From Trichoplax adhaerens (Eukaryota > Animalia > Placozoa), in NCBI RefSeq assembly GCF_000150275.1, contig NW_002060946.1, positions 5,103,454 through 5,167,453 of the forward strand: a stretch of 64,000 nt of DNA, given 5' to 3'. Position numbers and translations under genes: made by a program. This document shows, in pieces, positions 15,701 to 28,318 of the stretch. The number at the start of each line of letters is the position of its first letter. The stretch's first letter is position 1. The notes beneath the pieces are model-generated. The model made no database searches. It was not told where the DNA came from and was given only the letters and a program-made list of their open reading frames with translations.

Positions 15701-18028
15701 GGTCGTTGGAACTGATCTATTTGGTGATGTCGCTAATCACGTCTCTTGAAGTCAGCAAGAGATGTTTTTCATTAGCGTTGGCGAATGTAGACTTTGTCAC
15801 TGGTGGTGGTGGTGGGATATACGTATAGCTTAATAAATATTAATGCGCAAGATGGATCAAGGAATCGAGTTGTAGCTGTGTTTGAGCAGAAAATTTATTT
15901 CTAGTTATAATTGGCGTCTAATAGCAATAATAAGGTATGCTACGTATAACTATGGACCTCTAGAAGAAAACTTAAATTCTCTTCCAGTGGTCCATGGTAT
16001 AGCTAAGTAAATATTAATATGCAAGATGGATCAAGAAATCAAAATGAAGCTGTATTGCAACTGGAAAACTATTTTTAACTTGGAATAATTTATTTATTAA
16101 GGCGTGGTACGTATAGCTTAAGAAATATTAATGTACGAGGAGGATCAAAAAATTGAATTGAAGCGGTGTTGGAAATGGAAAACTGTTTTCAACTTAAAAA
16201 TAAATGATTCCTAGTTATCGACTGCGTCTGGTAGCAATACTGAGGTGTGCTACGTATAGCTTAAAAATATTTAATAATGCGTGAGATAGATCAAGAAACC
16301 GAAATGAAGCTATGTTGGAACAGGAAAACTAATTTAAACTTAGAAACAATCAAATAGACTTGTAGATTAGTGTATAGTTAAGAATTTTACCTTGCCACTT
16401 GATTTGATCCCTTGCATCAAACAGAAATAAAGGATTATCCATCCCGCAGCTAAACAAATTATGGCTTTCCAGTAAATACCGCCGCCATCATTGATAGAAT
16501 GGGTTGCATCGAGCGTTTCCTTATAAAAATAATACACCGCTGGTTGAGCTATACTGCATTCAGGATCAACCTTAGCATGAGTAAAATTGGATTCATTACG
16601 AATAATTGGACATTGGCTCCAAGGCAATGGAGATCGGAAGGAATTGGAAAAGTAAAATATACTATAGCCCAAGACAGCAGCATAGTAAGAAGCTCCAATG
16701 CAACAACAAATACATGAAGCGATTCCGATACCACGAGCATAAGGAGAAATGGCCCCCCAAGCTAATAATGGGCCCTTTTGAAATTTTTGGCCAACCAATA
16801 ATTCAATATAAGTTAGAGGAAAGCCGATGATAAGTGTCATGACAGCATAAGGAATTAAGAAAGTTCCTATAAAGCGATCAAAAAATTTCCTTGAATCAAC
16901 AAGTGTGTATTGCCATACTGTATAGCATGAAATCGCATTAGCTGGAATATTGCCGATCGATTTAATTTATGGAAAACAAGAAAATCAATTTCGATTTTTC
17001 TATAACAACTGCTATGACTACTTTAATCTAAATGGATTAATTTATCGTTGGCCAAGCAAAAAGCAATCTATAGATTAGGCGCTGTATGATTTTATCCAAG
17101 ATTAATAACTCCAAGTGGGTCTACTTCACTTTAGTAATAGGCGTTTCCAGTCCTGCTTTCCTTCTAATGTAAGTGCAAGCACATTTATTCGACATAGCAA
17201 GCATGTATAAAGCTCTAACGCCAATACTAATGCTTATGAATTCAAAATCATATACTGTAGAAAAATGGCATTAAAGTTCTTAGCTTGAAAATAATAACTG
17301 ATATTTTCTTGAAATTATGTGCAAGATATCGATAAAGGTATTAAGAAAGTTCTGATGACTAATGAACAAGCCAAAAATGAGAGGATAAAATGGATTGCCA
17401 TCATTATAGCACAAAACTAACATCTCTCAATATGCAATTGATAAATAGTTGGATAAAAGTGCTGCTACATTTTAGCTTGATATTGAAAGAAAACGATAGG
17501 ATGATGTCATATAGGATTTTGGGGAATGAAAAAGTTATTAAAAGTGACAACATTATCAACCAAAGTACACTCATGGCTGAATAGAGATATAGTACTATTT
17601 ATTGAAGATATGATTCTTCTGTGACTAAAATTGAATAAAATAGGGTATAATTGGTATAGAGACTGATGATAGGTTTCCGTTTAACGTAGAGAAAAGTATT
17701 CGTCTAAAATTGGACGAGAATCGGCAAAATGTAACCGCCAATACGTCGTGTCTATATTGAGAATTATTTAATGGTAGCTATGATTCATTTGTAAGACTAC
17801 CGGTAAAATAGGTATCGCTAACTATCTTATTGCATGCACACAAACAGATAAAAGTTCAATTTAGAAACAGAAGTGATCTAGTCATCGACTGTAATTACCT
17901 CCGCCATTTTTTTGACACATATAAGGAAATCGCCAGAAATTAGCAACACCAACAGCAAAACCAATTAATGACAAGAAAGCTTGGACTTTATTATCCCATT
18001 TCTCTCGTTTTTGATCTTCCTGTTTCAT
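9728..18028 (-). CDS. SLC6 sodium:neurotransmitter symporter family transporter, divergent paralog A (~583 aa, 8 exons)
   Basis: Exons 17899-18028, 16391-16866, 12996-13106, 12580-12894, 11610-11811, 10546-10705, 10066-10234, 9728-9916. All introns are GT-AG, phases are consistent (1752 nt total) and intron positions match paralogs B/C. Motifs: [78 protein letters not shown]. Confidence 0.9.
10970..11530. repeat. Degenerate tandem repeat in SLC6-A intron 5
   Basis: 'taataatgtaaaa..tactacgaagataca...gcaattctatc' variants at ~11058, 11273 and 11412. Confidence 0.65.
14690..16345. repeat. Degenerate minisatellite (~8 copies, 115-200 bp) in SLC6-A intron 2
   Basis: Core 'agatggatcaagaaatcgaattgaagc.gtgttggaac.gaaaactatt' variants near 14770, 14967, 15161, 15295, 15850, 16024, 16138 and 16284. 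Confidence 0.85.
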
Positions 18029-20926
18029 AGCTAACCGTATTTAATTTAATTTATGCAAGTGACAGCAGAAAAAATTAGGCGGTTAGTGAGGCAAATAAAG
18101 CGTCTGTCAATGAAAGAAATGAGGTTATAAAATGGTTTTCTAGATGAGATTGAGTGTAGGCGATACAGTATCAACAACGATAGATTTTCTATAGAATGGA
18201 TTCTTTTATAGGTTATGGTTAATATCAACTATAAAATGACAGTGTGGCAACTTTTTAAGGATACCTTCCTGTGATGCAATCAAAATATTATGATTGCTTA
18301 ACAAAAATATCGCTATCAGTGACGTGGACTTGATTCCATACCAAGCACCACTTGCTCCTTCCAATCACGGCTAATATAGAACAGCGTGTATTCTATTCCG
18401 GATTGCGATGGCTAAGGGGTAATTTCAATTACCATCCAATAAATAATCGCACTCAATAAAATCCCTACACGATAATCTGATGATATTGATTTAACTAGAA
18501 CGTCAAATTATTTCAGAATCATTAGATTCCAATTTGGCAAATGACGACGACACAATCGTTTTTTTTATTAGTAGGATAGCACTAGTAGAGAGTAAATGCA
18601 TTTATTTACTAAATGGAACGATCTCCATGATGCAGATGTTGGTATATGCTCCATTTACAAAGTGATTAATAGGTATAAAGTTGATAATTAAAGTTAATGA
18701 TGATTTCAGAGTCATCCAATTCTTATTTAGGGAATGATGATAATAATATCACTTTCCTTTCGGATTATAGCAGTAGCCAAAAGTGAATGCATTTATCTAC
18801 TAAATATAGTCATTATTATGATATAAATCCTGTTTAATTTTCTGTTACAAAAGTGAGCAATATATAGAAAATTCATGATTGGAAATAATCATGATTTAGG
18901 ACAGGTTGATTACTACTCCAAACTTCCTTTAGACTGCAAGGATAATATTTGATGACGATTGTATGCATGGATTTGCTTGTAAAGTTGTGAAATTTTTCTA
19001 AAATTAACCCTACCAATGCTATATTATTGTGGCCTAAAAAGATTAGTTGTGCATATAAGTATCGATCATAGAATCAATTTGGCCGGCATAATATTGAATG
19101 GCAAACTAAAGATGTTTCCTTTCAAGTACGGTAATGATTGCGCCTTGTAGTTATTTATTAACGTAAATCAAAATCGCCATATGAGTAAGGAACATTCCAA
19201 AACAAAATCTCTTCCCATTGATGCTATAAAATTATTTCCTGCATTGAAAAAGAAAGCATTGCAAGTGTTGTTCAATTGCATGATGGATAGGTGCGAGTAC
19301 ACGGTCTATTGGTAAGAGCTGATAGATAATTATAGGTTAGATTTACACTCTAATCAACTCCAGAGAAAACTATTCACTATTACACTGTGAGAAGGATAAA
19401 ATGTAAGCAAGCAGAGAACATTATATGAGTATTCTAGCAAGAGTATCGCTTCCTTATCGATTACCTAAAGGTCTTTTGTAACATTGATATCAAATTTTTA
19501 TATCAAACCATCAACAAACAGATTGGCGAAATTGTATAGCTGGCTACACTGCAACATAACAATGTTTACCAGAAGTTATTCCAAGTAAAAAATATTTGAA
19601 CTCAATGCTATAGGAGTTTCCTCTTTAAGCAAATTTGATCTTATTCAATGAGGGCAAATCATGCATGCGAATGTGTACACATAGTATTCAGGTTAAGCTT
19701 CATCGCACATGTTTTTTACATTTAAGATGTGAATTCATTCTTTAAAATCATTCCTCTATCATCTCTCGCATATACGGGTCTAAAAGTTCAAGATAGAGAA
19801 ATACTTCCGCGAATGGCAACTACAGTATAAAAATTCAGTATTTCCAGCGCTCTTCGCTAGCATTATCATCTAACCAATACGGTATAGAATATTTAAGCTT
19901 TCGATTATCGCCATTAAGTACAAACATACTTTAATTTAAAAGCTAAGCGCAAGTACATAGCAGACAGATAATTTGCTCAAAACGCTTAATACTACTATTG
20001 TTATTCTTAAAATTTTTCCATATAAGCACACATTTAAGTACGGTACTACGTACCATTGCTTAACTTAGCAGAATTGTTGTTATGCAATACAATAGTCGAT
20101 CTTGTTGGTAATAAAGATCCAAATTTGCAATTGAGTAATTGGCTTCTCACCGATTTTTAAAATGGAAATTCAGCGATGAGTATAAACAATACCATGTATA
20201 TTGTATAGGCCTATTTTGACAGAAGCTTCCATTCTTCCATCCTTAGACCAATCAGCTAATTCTACTACCACGAAATTAATCCTTCCTACTTGCATCAGGT
20301 TACTACTGTACATGCACATCAGAATCTCTTAATTAAAGTTTTCAACAGATATTTAAAATTTATTCGATAGAATACGAAGAACGGGCAATGCTACCAATTA
20401 CGGAATCAAATATTAGTTAATATACGAGTACTGTATGTGGCTTCAATACTATAATGTTTAAGTTAAAACGATTATATATGATGTGGTATGCTTTATAGGA
20501 GTAGCACACGTCTTATTCGTCACTTAATCGACGCACGCCTAAATAGCAACTAAAATACAAAGGTCCGTAGTCACACAAGCAACATACGATAGGAAGTCGC
20601 TTTAAAATTATCATTTAGATGTACCTAAATGGTAATAAAATACTTTGACTCTACAGCTATACGAAATTTAGATAATTCTTAAGCAATACAGTTAAAACAG
20701 TCGGTTGATCATTCCAAAGACCATTCTCAGCATTTCTAAAATTACGTGGACATACAAGTATAATTTTATATGATGAAATTACACATTAAGAGCAGATTGA
20801 AAAGTGATAGCAGATTTGCTAATCACATTCAAATGTGTTGTTGAGGACATATGCTATTAACCATTGTTTCTTAGATATTCTGGAGTGAAAATTTTCTTCC
20901 TTTATTAGTTTTAAAACAGCTATTTC

Positions 20927-23900
20927 TTAACTTGTTGATATTCCGTTCTGTTGTTTGGGGTTTTCATTGCGATAAGAACCATCCAATTCATGCAATGTTA
21001 GATTTTTCGTTTTAAAGAATTCTACAAGCGCTGCGCCAGGTATTGCGAGGATCGGCAACAAGATTACGCAAAACATAAAGGCCGTTAGCCATCCAGGATA
21101 CGGAAGTGACGCTCCCGAAGCCTATACAGATCAAAAAGCAATATGTGATTACACTTTAAATTTACAGCGATATTTTACTATACATAAATCTTAGCTTTGA
21201 AGTACTTAATCTGGAGACAGTCACACATAACATAAATTAGAATTAATCGATGCCCAAAAGTAGCCATACCGTCTCTTTTGACCACTGGCTGTACATCAGC
21301 GTTGATTGAGCGAGCTGAATAATAGTTGCAATTATGATCACAACGATTGATAATGGAGTTATTATAAACCAGCAAGCTTTCCAGTACAGGTTTGGTTGAT
21401 CTCCAGTCATGTATTCGATATCATTACATAATCTGAAATTGCAAACAATACCAGTTATTAACCAGCAGTCCGAACTAACTACTGCCCAACTCATTTGATA
21501 GCTTACAAATCATAAGTAGTAGTTTTATCTATTAGAGTAAAAAAGAGTGTTTGATATCTTACCTTTTCGGACCATAAACGAATAGAATTCCAGATACCTC
21601 AGCCAATGCGATAACAAGTAACGGAATCGGCAAGCTTACTGCATCAAAGACTTCAACGAAATAGAGACCAGAGCGTTGAGTAAAAATGAAGCCAAACAAA
21701 AATAGACAGAAGCAGATCCCAGCTACAGTAAAAGAAAATACAGCTTGTTAGACTTAGTTAGAAAATAGGTCAAATCCGGAAAGAATTTATGTAGCATCAG
21801 CAAATAATACTTTTGTACGAGATGCTGCAATTATAAATCGATAACTCTATTTTTGATTTGCAAATATTTAATTTACATACGAGGCTAACGGTATGTAAAG
21901 ACTACCTGCAAGAACTTCTTTCCTGATCTTTTTAAAGTATGCAGAATCCGTGAGTGTTGTAAGGATTGTTTCCATTGCGCCAAAAATGCTATCAATGCCA
22001 AGAGTTAGTAACATGAAATAAAATATTATTGACCAAAATTGTGGAGGAGAGAAGCCAGCAATAATATCAGCAAAAACAATAAATACGAGGCCAGGGCCAC
22101 TACCGACCTTTAAAATTGAAATTAAAAATGGAAATGATTAAAAAGTTACCTTTTTAGCAATACTTTTCCAGTACTACACGGATGTATTTAACAATTGTAG
22201 TTTCAGTTAATGCAACAATAAATACCGAGTCAAGATAGTCCGCAATTTTGCATTTGTTTAAAGCAGCTTCCATGCCCATCGTTGCATTAACTGAACTTAT
22301 ACACGCATCATATTTAGTAGTAGCCATATGACCCAGCACGGAAAATACAACAACAGCAGCAAAAAGCGAAGTACAACAGTTGACTAACGATACACAAACT
22401 GCATCTCTTCCACATTTATTCTTGATTGGATTGTAACTAGCAAAAGCTATTAGTGAACCGAAACCAACACCTAGAGAATAAAATATTTGTGTTGCAGCAT
22501 CTAACCAGACCAGTGGGTCTCTCAGCTTTTCAAACTTGCCAAATTAAAATATAAACAAAATTAGCACAATTTTTATTTCAAATTAATCGATTTGTAGTCA
22601 ATTAATTGTCCAATTCAATATCGTACGCATAATTCTAGTTTCACTTCATGCTTAATTCACAGTGGAACTTACTTGAGGTGTTACTAGATGTAATAAGCCG
22701 TTTTCAAATCCATGTAACGTAAATCCACGAATCATGAAAATGAATAATACCAAATACGGGAATGTTGCAGTGAAGTATATGACCTAGTATGAATAAGGAA
22801 ACGATAACATTATGCGCTAATTGATTCTAAAACCAATACCATAAATACATGACTAGCTACAGTAAAATCGAGCAAGAGCTAGCTCTCTCTTTGCTCACTA
22901 ATGATTGACCGTACCTTTCCAGATGATTTAATACCCTTGAGGATACTGCAATAAATGATAATCCAACCGCCTAGCAAGCATAAGGTTAATTTCCAGTATA
23001 AACCACCACTTATATTAATGTTGTTAGAGACATCGTTCACTTCACGGAAGAAAAAGTATACAACAGGGTTACTATTGGCGCATTCTTCTACAGGAAGTGT
23101 CACATTAGCGGGTTGACCGGGCGGTGTATACGTTGGACAACGACTCCAAGGAAGGACCACTTGAAAAGAACTGAAGAGGTACATTAAACAGTACGCAATG
23201 ATAATGATATAGTAGGAGGAGGCAACGATGGATACTAATAAGCCAGCTACTCCAACACCTTTTAATTTCGGAGAAATAAGATTCCAGGACCCAACAGGGC
23301 CATTACGTAATCTCTGACCAATAGCCAATTCCAAGTGAAAAATGGGTATTCCTTCGATGACTAACATTATGAAATACGGGATAAGGAAAGCACCTGAAAG
23401 AAATTTGTTTACCGAATTTCAAATTTCTGTTTGAATATCATTAGATAAATCTGCATAATTTATTGGATATTGGTGGTCAAAATTTGAAGAAGTAAAGAGC
23501 AGTTCATCGATAGAGGTTATATCTTTACTGATAGTATCGTGGGAATGTATGGTAAAATTCAATTCGATCTACGATTGTAGTAATATTGAACTATTCACGT
23601 ATCCAACATCAGTATCAAATGCATACTTTATTTTCCATCGCATTCAACGACAATCGAAAATCAAGCCTCTCAAGAGGAAAGCAAGCTAATTAGTAAAGCA
23701 ACGTTGGTAACTCACAAACGCATAGCGTGTAATTACCTCCACCGTTCTTCTGAACTAAGTAAGGAAATCTCCAAACATTTCCTAGGCCAACAGCAAAGCC
23801 GATAGTCGCCAATATAAATTGAGCTTTATTATCCCAACGTAATCGAGTTTCTTGCTGTTCATCATCTTCAGGTGCTTTTTCACCCATCCCATTTAGTTGC

Positions 23901-23944
23901 ATTGATTTCTCATTATTTACTTCGAGATCTTTCTCGTCGGCCAT
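20927..23944 (-). CDS. SLC6 family amino-acid-type transporter (SLC6A15-20/B0AT-like), paralog B (~608 aa, 8 exons)
   Basis: Exons 23737-23944, 22915-23393, 22673-22783, 22226-22534, 21906-22107, 21563-21722, 21270-21432, 20927-21121; GT-AG, in frame (1827 nt). Motifs: [88 protein letters not shown]. Confidence 0.95.
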
Positions 23945-25754
23945 TATAAGAGGCTTATAAGATTTTTATCGCAATAGCAGCTGGTAGGAATTATAGCTAA
24001 ATAAGAGCAGTATACGTGGTCTATGAGTATAACTTACTTATCCAATTCATGAAATTTTAGCAAGGAAAGATGTACACTATACTGTAGCTAGCTATCGTAT
24101 TTTATGATAGGAGCGTCAAAATTATTAAGAAATAAAGGCATTTACTAAACAAACAAGTTTAATGTAAATTACTATCAAGACGTCAAAACAGTCTCTATTC
24201 CAGACATGCGATCAAAACAACATTCTTTATGCCTATAACATGTAAGACTTTATCACTCCCATCTTTAAATTAATTCATACCAGTAACTATAATAAAATAT
24301 TTTAGTAAGGGGAAAAGTGTAATTTGCTGTTTAGCTATTCTTACATTCTGTAACAATTTCAATGTTGATCTGTAGCGAACAGCAGCAATATAACAAAATT
24401 ACTTCTAAGTGATCGCTATTCTCTATGCTGTATGATGATGCGTCTACAGATGTGGCGTTTTTACAATGTTTAGTAGTAGTATCAAGAGAAGCAAAGTTAA
24501 AAAGTAGAGTAAAGTGATATACCGTACCTACCTACTATCTACTATAGTAGATAAATTACGATAACATATCAATACGAGCAATTAATGCACTATTAATGCA
24601 AAATTTATCGGCATAAAATAAAAACACTGTACTGTAGATAAACATCCCACATCGTGTATTTCAATTGAACCCTGATGTGCCCTTAATACACTGTCCACTC
24701 TACAGACACAGTTTACTCGTCTACAGTATCGTATTAATTAATCAAACTTCTTGGTGTTTGTCTCTTTTAGCAGGTAGAATTTCGCCAGAGTGTATATCTG
24801 CACAGCGCTAGCTGGCGCCGACAATTCAAATATAAAATTCTTCAGGAATTAGTATGTATCCAACACTGAATGGACGCGCCGCTCCTCCATTCTAGTTAAA
24901 GCGAAGTTAATTACGGAAAGATCGGTCGCCAATGATGGACACAACATCCTAAGTATTCAGCTTCACGTATAGATTGGTAAACTCATGGATACATTTCTTA
25001 TTAATCAAGTATGTATGCACAGTAGGCCGTTGCTTATCCATTTTAGATCTCAGTAAGCGAGAGGTTTGATCAACATCGAGAAATCGGTATTGTAACTACA
25101 GTACTGCATATGCGTTTGTACATGAAGGACGAAATTAATAGCGAGAATGCCTAAGGAAGCAGGTTGATAAACATGGAGAAATTGATAAAAATACTGTATA
25201 ACGACGGTTGAGCACCTACTGTACGATTGCTTACATGAAGGAAGAAATGAACGGCAGCAATCAAGTCTGTTCTTGGTATTACAAGCGGAGAGAAAATGGC
25301 TCAATTCATGACAGAAGAAAGACTGCATCTCATTAAAATAAGCTAAGCGCTTTTAAAATGCTCCACGATGTTTTGCAACATTGCAGGCGATTGGTAATTG
25401 GGTAAACATAGTATTTGAAGAAACTGATGGTAAAATTACTGGACAGTAATAATTAATTGGTTTTATGGGTGAAAATAACAAAAAAACGAAGTTGCTTATT
25501 ATCCGGACAATTAAATTAGATGTTTACGCCATCACCTTTTAAAAATTGGATTACCACTCCATTCAGAAATATCATATGGTCAGCCAATGAAAGTATGAGC
25601 CTTTTTGTAGTTTGTTTGCTTTTAATGGAATCGAAAAAATTACATTTAAGCTTTCAGCATTTTGGATCGCAGTAGTATTTATATGACAAGAGTATTAGCT
25701 CGGGCTGACAGGGATACATTACAGTATGGGGTAGGCTTCCCTTTTTAGTATACA

Positions 25755-26470
25755 GCACAACTGTCTAAAACGGTTGGCATCATGTACTTTTGAAACATTT
25801 GTAAAAAAATCTTTGTCAACCAATATACTAGTGATGATAAAGCAACCATGCAATATGTAGTGTTTTCAATTGATTGCACAACTGTCTAAAACGGTTAGCA
25901 TCTTGTGGTTCTGAAACATTTGTAAAATCTTTGTCAACCAATATACTAGTGATCATAAAGCAATCATGCAATATGTAGTGTTTTAAATTAATTAATTGCA
26001 CAACTGTCTAAAACGGTTAGCATCTTGTAGTTCTGAAACATTTGTAAAAAAATCTTTGTCAACCAATATACTAGTGATCATAAAGCAACCATGCAAATGT
26101 AGTGTTTTCAATTCATTTCACAACTGTCTAAAACGGTTAGCATCTTGTGGTTCTGAAACATTTGTAAAATCTTTGTCAACCAATATACTAGTGATCATAA
26201 AGCAACCATGCAAATGTAGTGTTTTCAATTAATTGCACAACTGTCTAAAACGGTTAGTATCTTGTGGTTCTGAAACATTTGTAAAATAATCTTTGTCAAC
26301 CAATATACTAGTGATGATAAAGCAACCATGCAATATGTAGTGTTTTAAATTAATTAATTGCACAACTGTCTAAAACGGTTAGCATCTTGTAGTTCTGAAA
26401 CATTTGTAAAATCTTTGTCAACCAATATAGTGATCATAAAGCAACCATGCAATACGTAGTGTTTTCAATT
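25755..26470. repeat. Young tandem array, ~120 bp x6
   Basis: Unit 'cacaactgtctaaaacggttagcatcttgt.gttctgaaacatttgtaaaatctttgtcaaccaatatactagtgatcataaagcaaccatgc...' starts at ~25755, 25876, 25999, 26118, 26235 and 26360. Confidence 0.97.
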
Positions 26471-26954
26471 ATTTGGAGAATTCATTGATGAGGTCATACT
26501 AAATTAAATTATCCAAAGTTAATCTGCATTAATCTACAGTATTGAGACAATCATGTAATAAACATCCACTAGAGGAATGGTAGGTAATACGCCAGCATTT
26601 TCTTGCCAGAAGCCCATCGGAAGTTATGCACTGAATATATCTACATACTGGATGTTTTGATAGGATCATCTGTTCATATAGGCATTGGCACAATAGCCGT
26701 GATTTGCTTAGACAACGAAAAAATGTCTAATTGATAGTAGGATTAATCCCATTAAAACGTTTAGCGATATCCGCCTTTCCTGTTCAATAGTGAGCTAGCA
26801 AACAAAATAATTAGCAACGTAGGCCTTCCAGCGCTAATACACACTGTAGTATACACCAATATTAAACAGTGCATCCTTCTCCAGTAGTCTAAAAGAAGAG
26901 GGAACACTGCAATTAACAGTAGTCCCAATGCCTCCATTCCTATCGTTTCCGCAT

Positions 26955-28318
26955 ACACACACAGTTATCCTAAATCTCTTTATCATTTACATGGCCATCG
27001 AAATGATGTAAAACCATCATTTGGGATCAAGTCGATTGAAGTACACTCTACTCTACTGCCGTTGTTGATAATATTATAAAATTTGAATCTGATTTCATTT
27101 TTTTCATTATTCATTTTTTATACAATTACGGCAGCAGAAAACAATCCTTAATGTATCGCAATTGAGTTATCGACATTGGAATCTATTACTATCATTTCTA
27201 TGCATAGACACAGTTGTACTGGATCACTTTATCATCCACATGATGTCGAGTGCAATACTATTTGGGATCAAGTTAATTGAATCTTACCCTACTACTGTAT
27301 ATCCCGTTAACAATATTGAAAATTTGAAGAACACGATTCATTTTTTCATCATTGAATTTGAATAGACTGATCGCCATTGAGTTGTGGAAAATTTGATCTT
27401 TCACGATAGCGTGTGGCGTAAAATCACGATAATGTGGAAAAAAAGGTTCATTTTGATAAAGGAAAAAAAAAAGGCAACCAAGTTCTGAAAAATTGGCTGT
27501 TTTACAATCATTTGCATCTCCACACAGTTGTATTCAATCATTCCATCATGTATACGGTCATCAAACGATGTCCAACAGCATTTCCGATCAAGTCAATTGG
27601 ATAACACTCTACTCTATCCGTTGACAATATTGGAAAATTGGAATGATTATGCGTTTTTCATGATCGATCATTTCATTTGCTAAAAGACAACTGATCTGTA
27701 CTGTAGTTTAGTGCCACTGAGTTATCCAACATTGGATCATTTACGATCGCGCTTGGCGTGAAGAATAAAAACATGCAAGACATGGATTTGCATCTCCACA
27801 CAGTTGTATTCAATCATTCCACACGGTCATCAAACGATGTCCAACAGCATTTCCGATCAAGTCAATTGGATAACACTCTACTCTATCCGTTGACAATATT
27901 GGAAAATTGGAATGATTATGCGTTTTTCATGATCGATCATTTGCTAAAAGACAACTGAGCTGTACTGTAGTTTAGTGCCACTGAGTTATCCAACATTGGA
28001 TCATTTACCATCGCGCTTGGCGTGAAGAATAAAAACATGCAAGGCATGGATTTGCATCTCCACACAGTTGTATTCAATCATTCCACACGGTCATCAAACG
28101 ATGTCCAACAGCATTTCTGATCAAGTCAATTGGATAACACTCTACTCTATCCGTTGACAATATTGGAATGATTATCCCTTTTTTTCATGATCGATCCAAA
28201 ATCGATCATGAAAGACAACTGATCTGTACTGTAGTTTAGTGCCACTGAGTTATCCAACATTGGATCATTTACCATCGCGCGTGGCGTGAAGAATAAAAAC
28301 ATGCAAGACATGGATTTG
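26955..28318. repeat. Tandem array, ~265 bp: three near-identical plus two decayed copies
   Basis: 'tttgcatctccacacagttgtattcaatcattcc...' at ~27511, 27788 and 28051; decayed homologs ('acacagtt...gatcaagt..attg') at ~26955 and ~27207. Confidence 0.93.

Noticed and set aside
16499-16830. Alternative-frame or antisense ORFs over SLC6 exon 2 (also 40580-41053, 50032-50325 and 57871-58320)
   Set aside because: Shadows of real coding exons.
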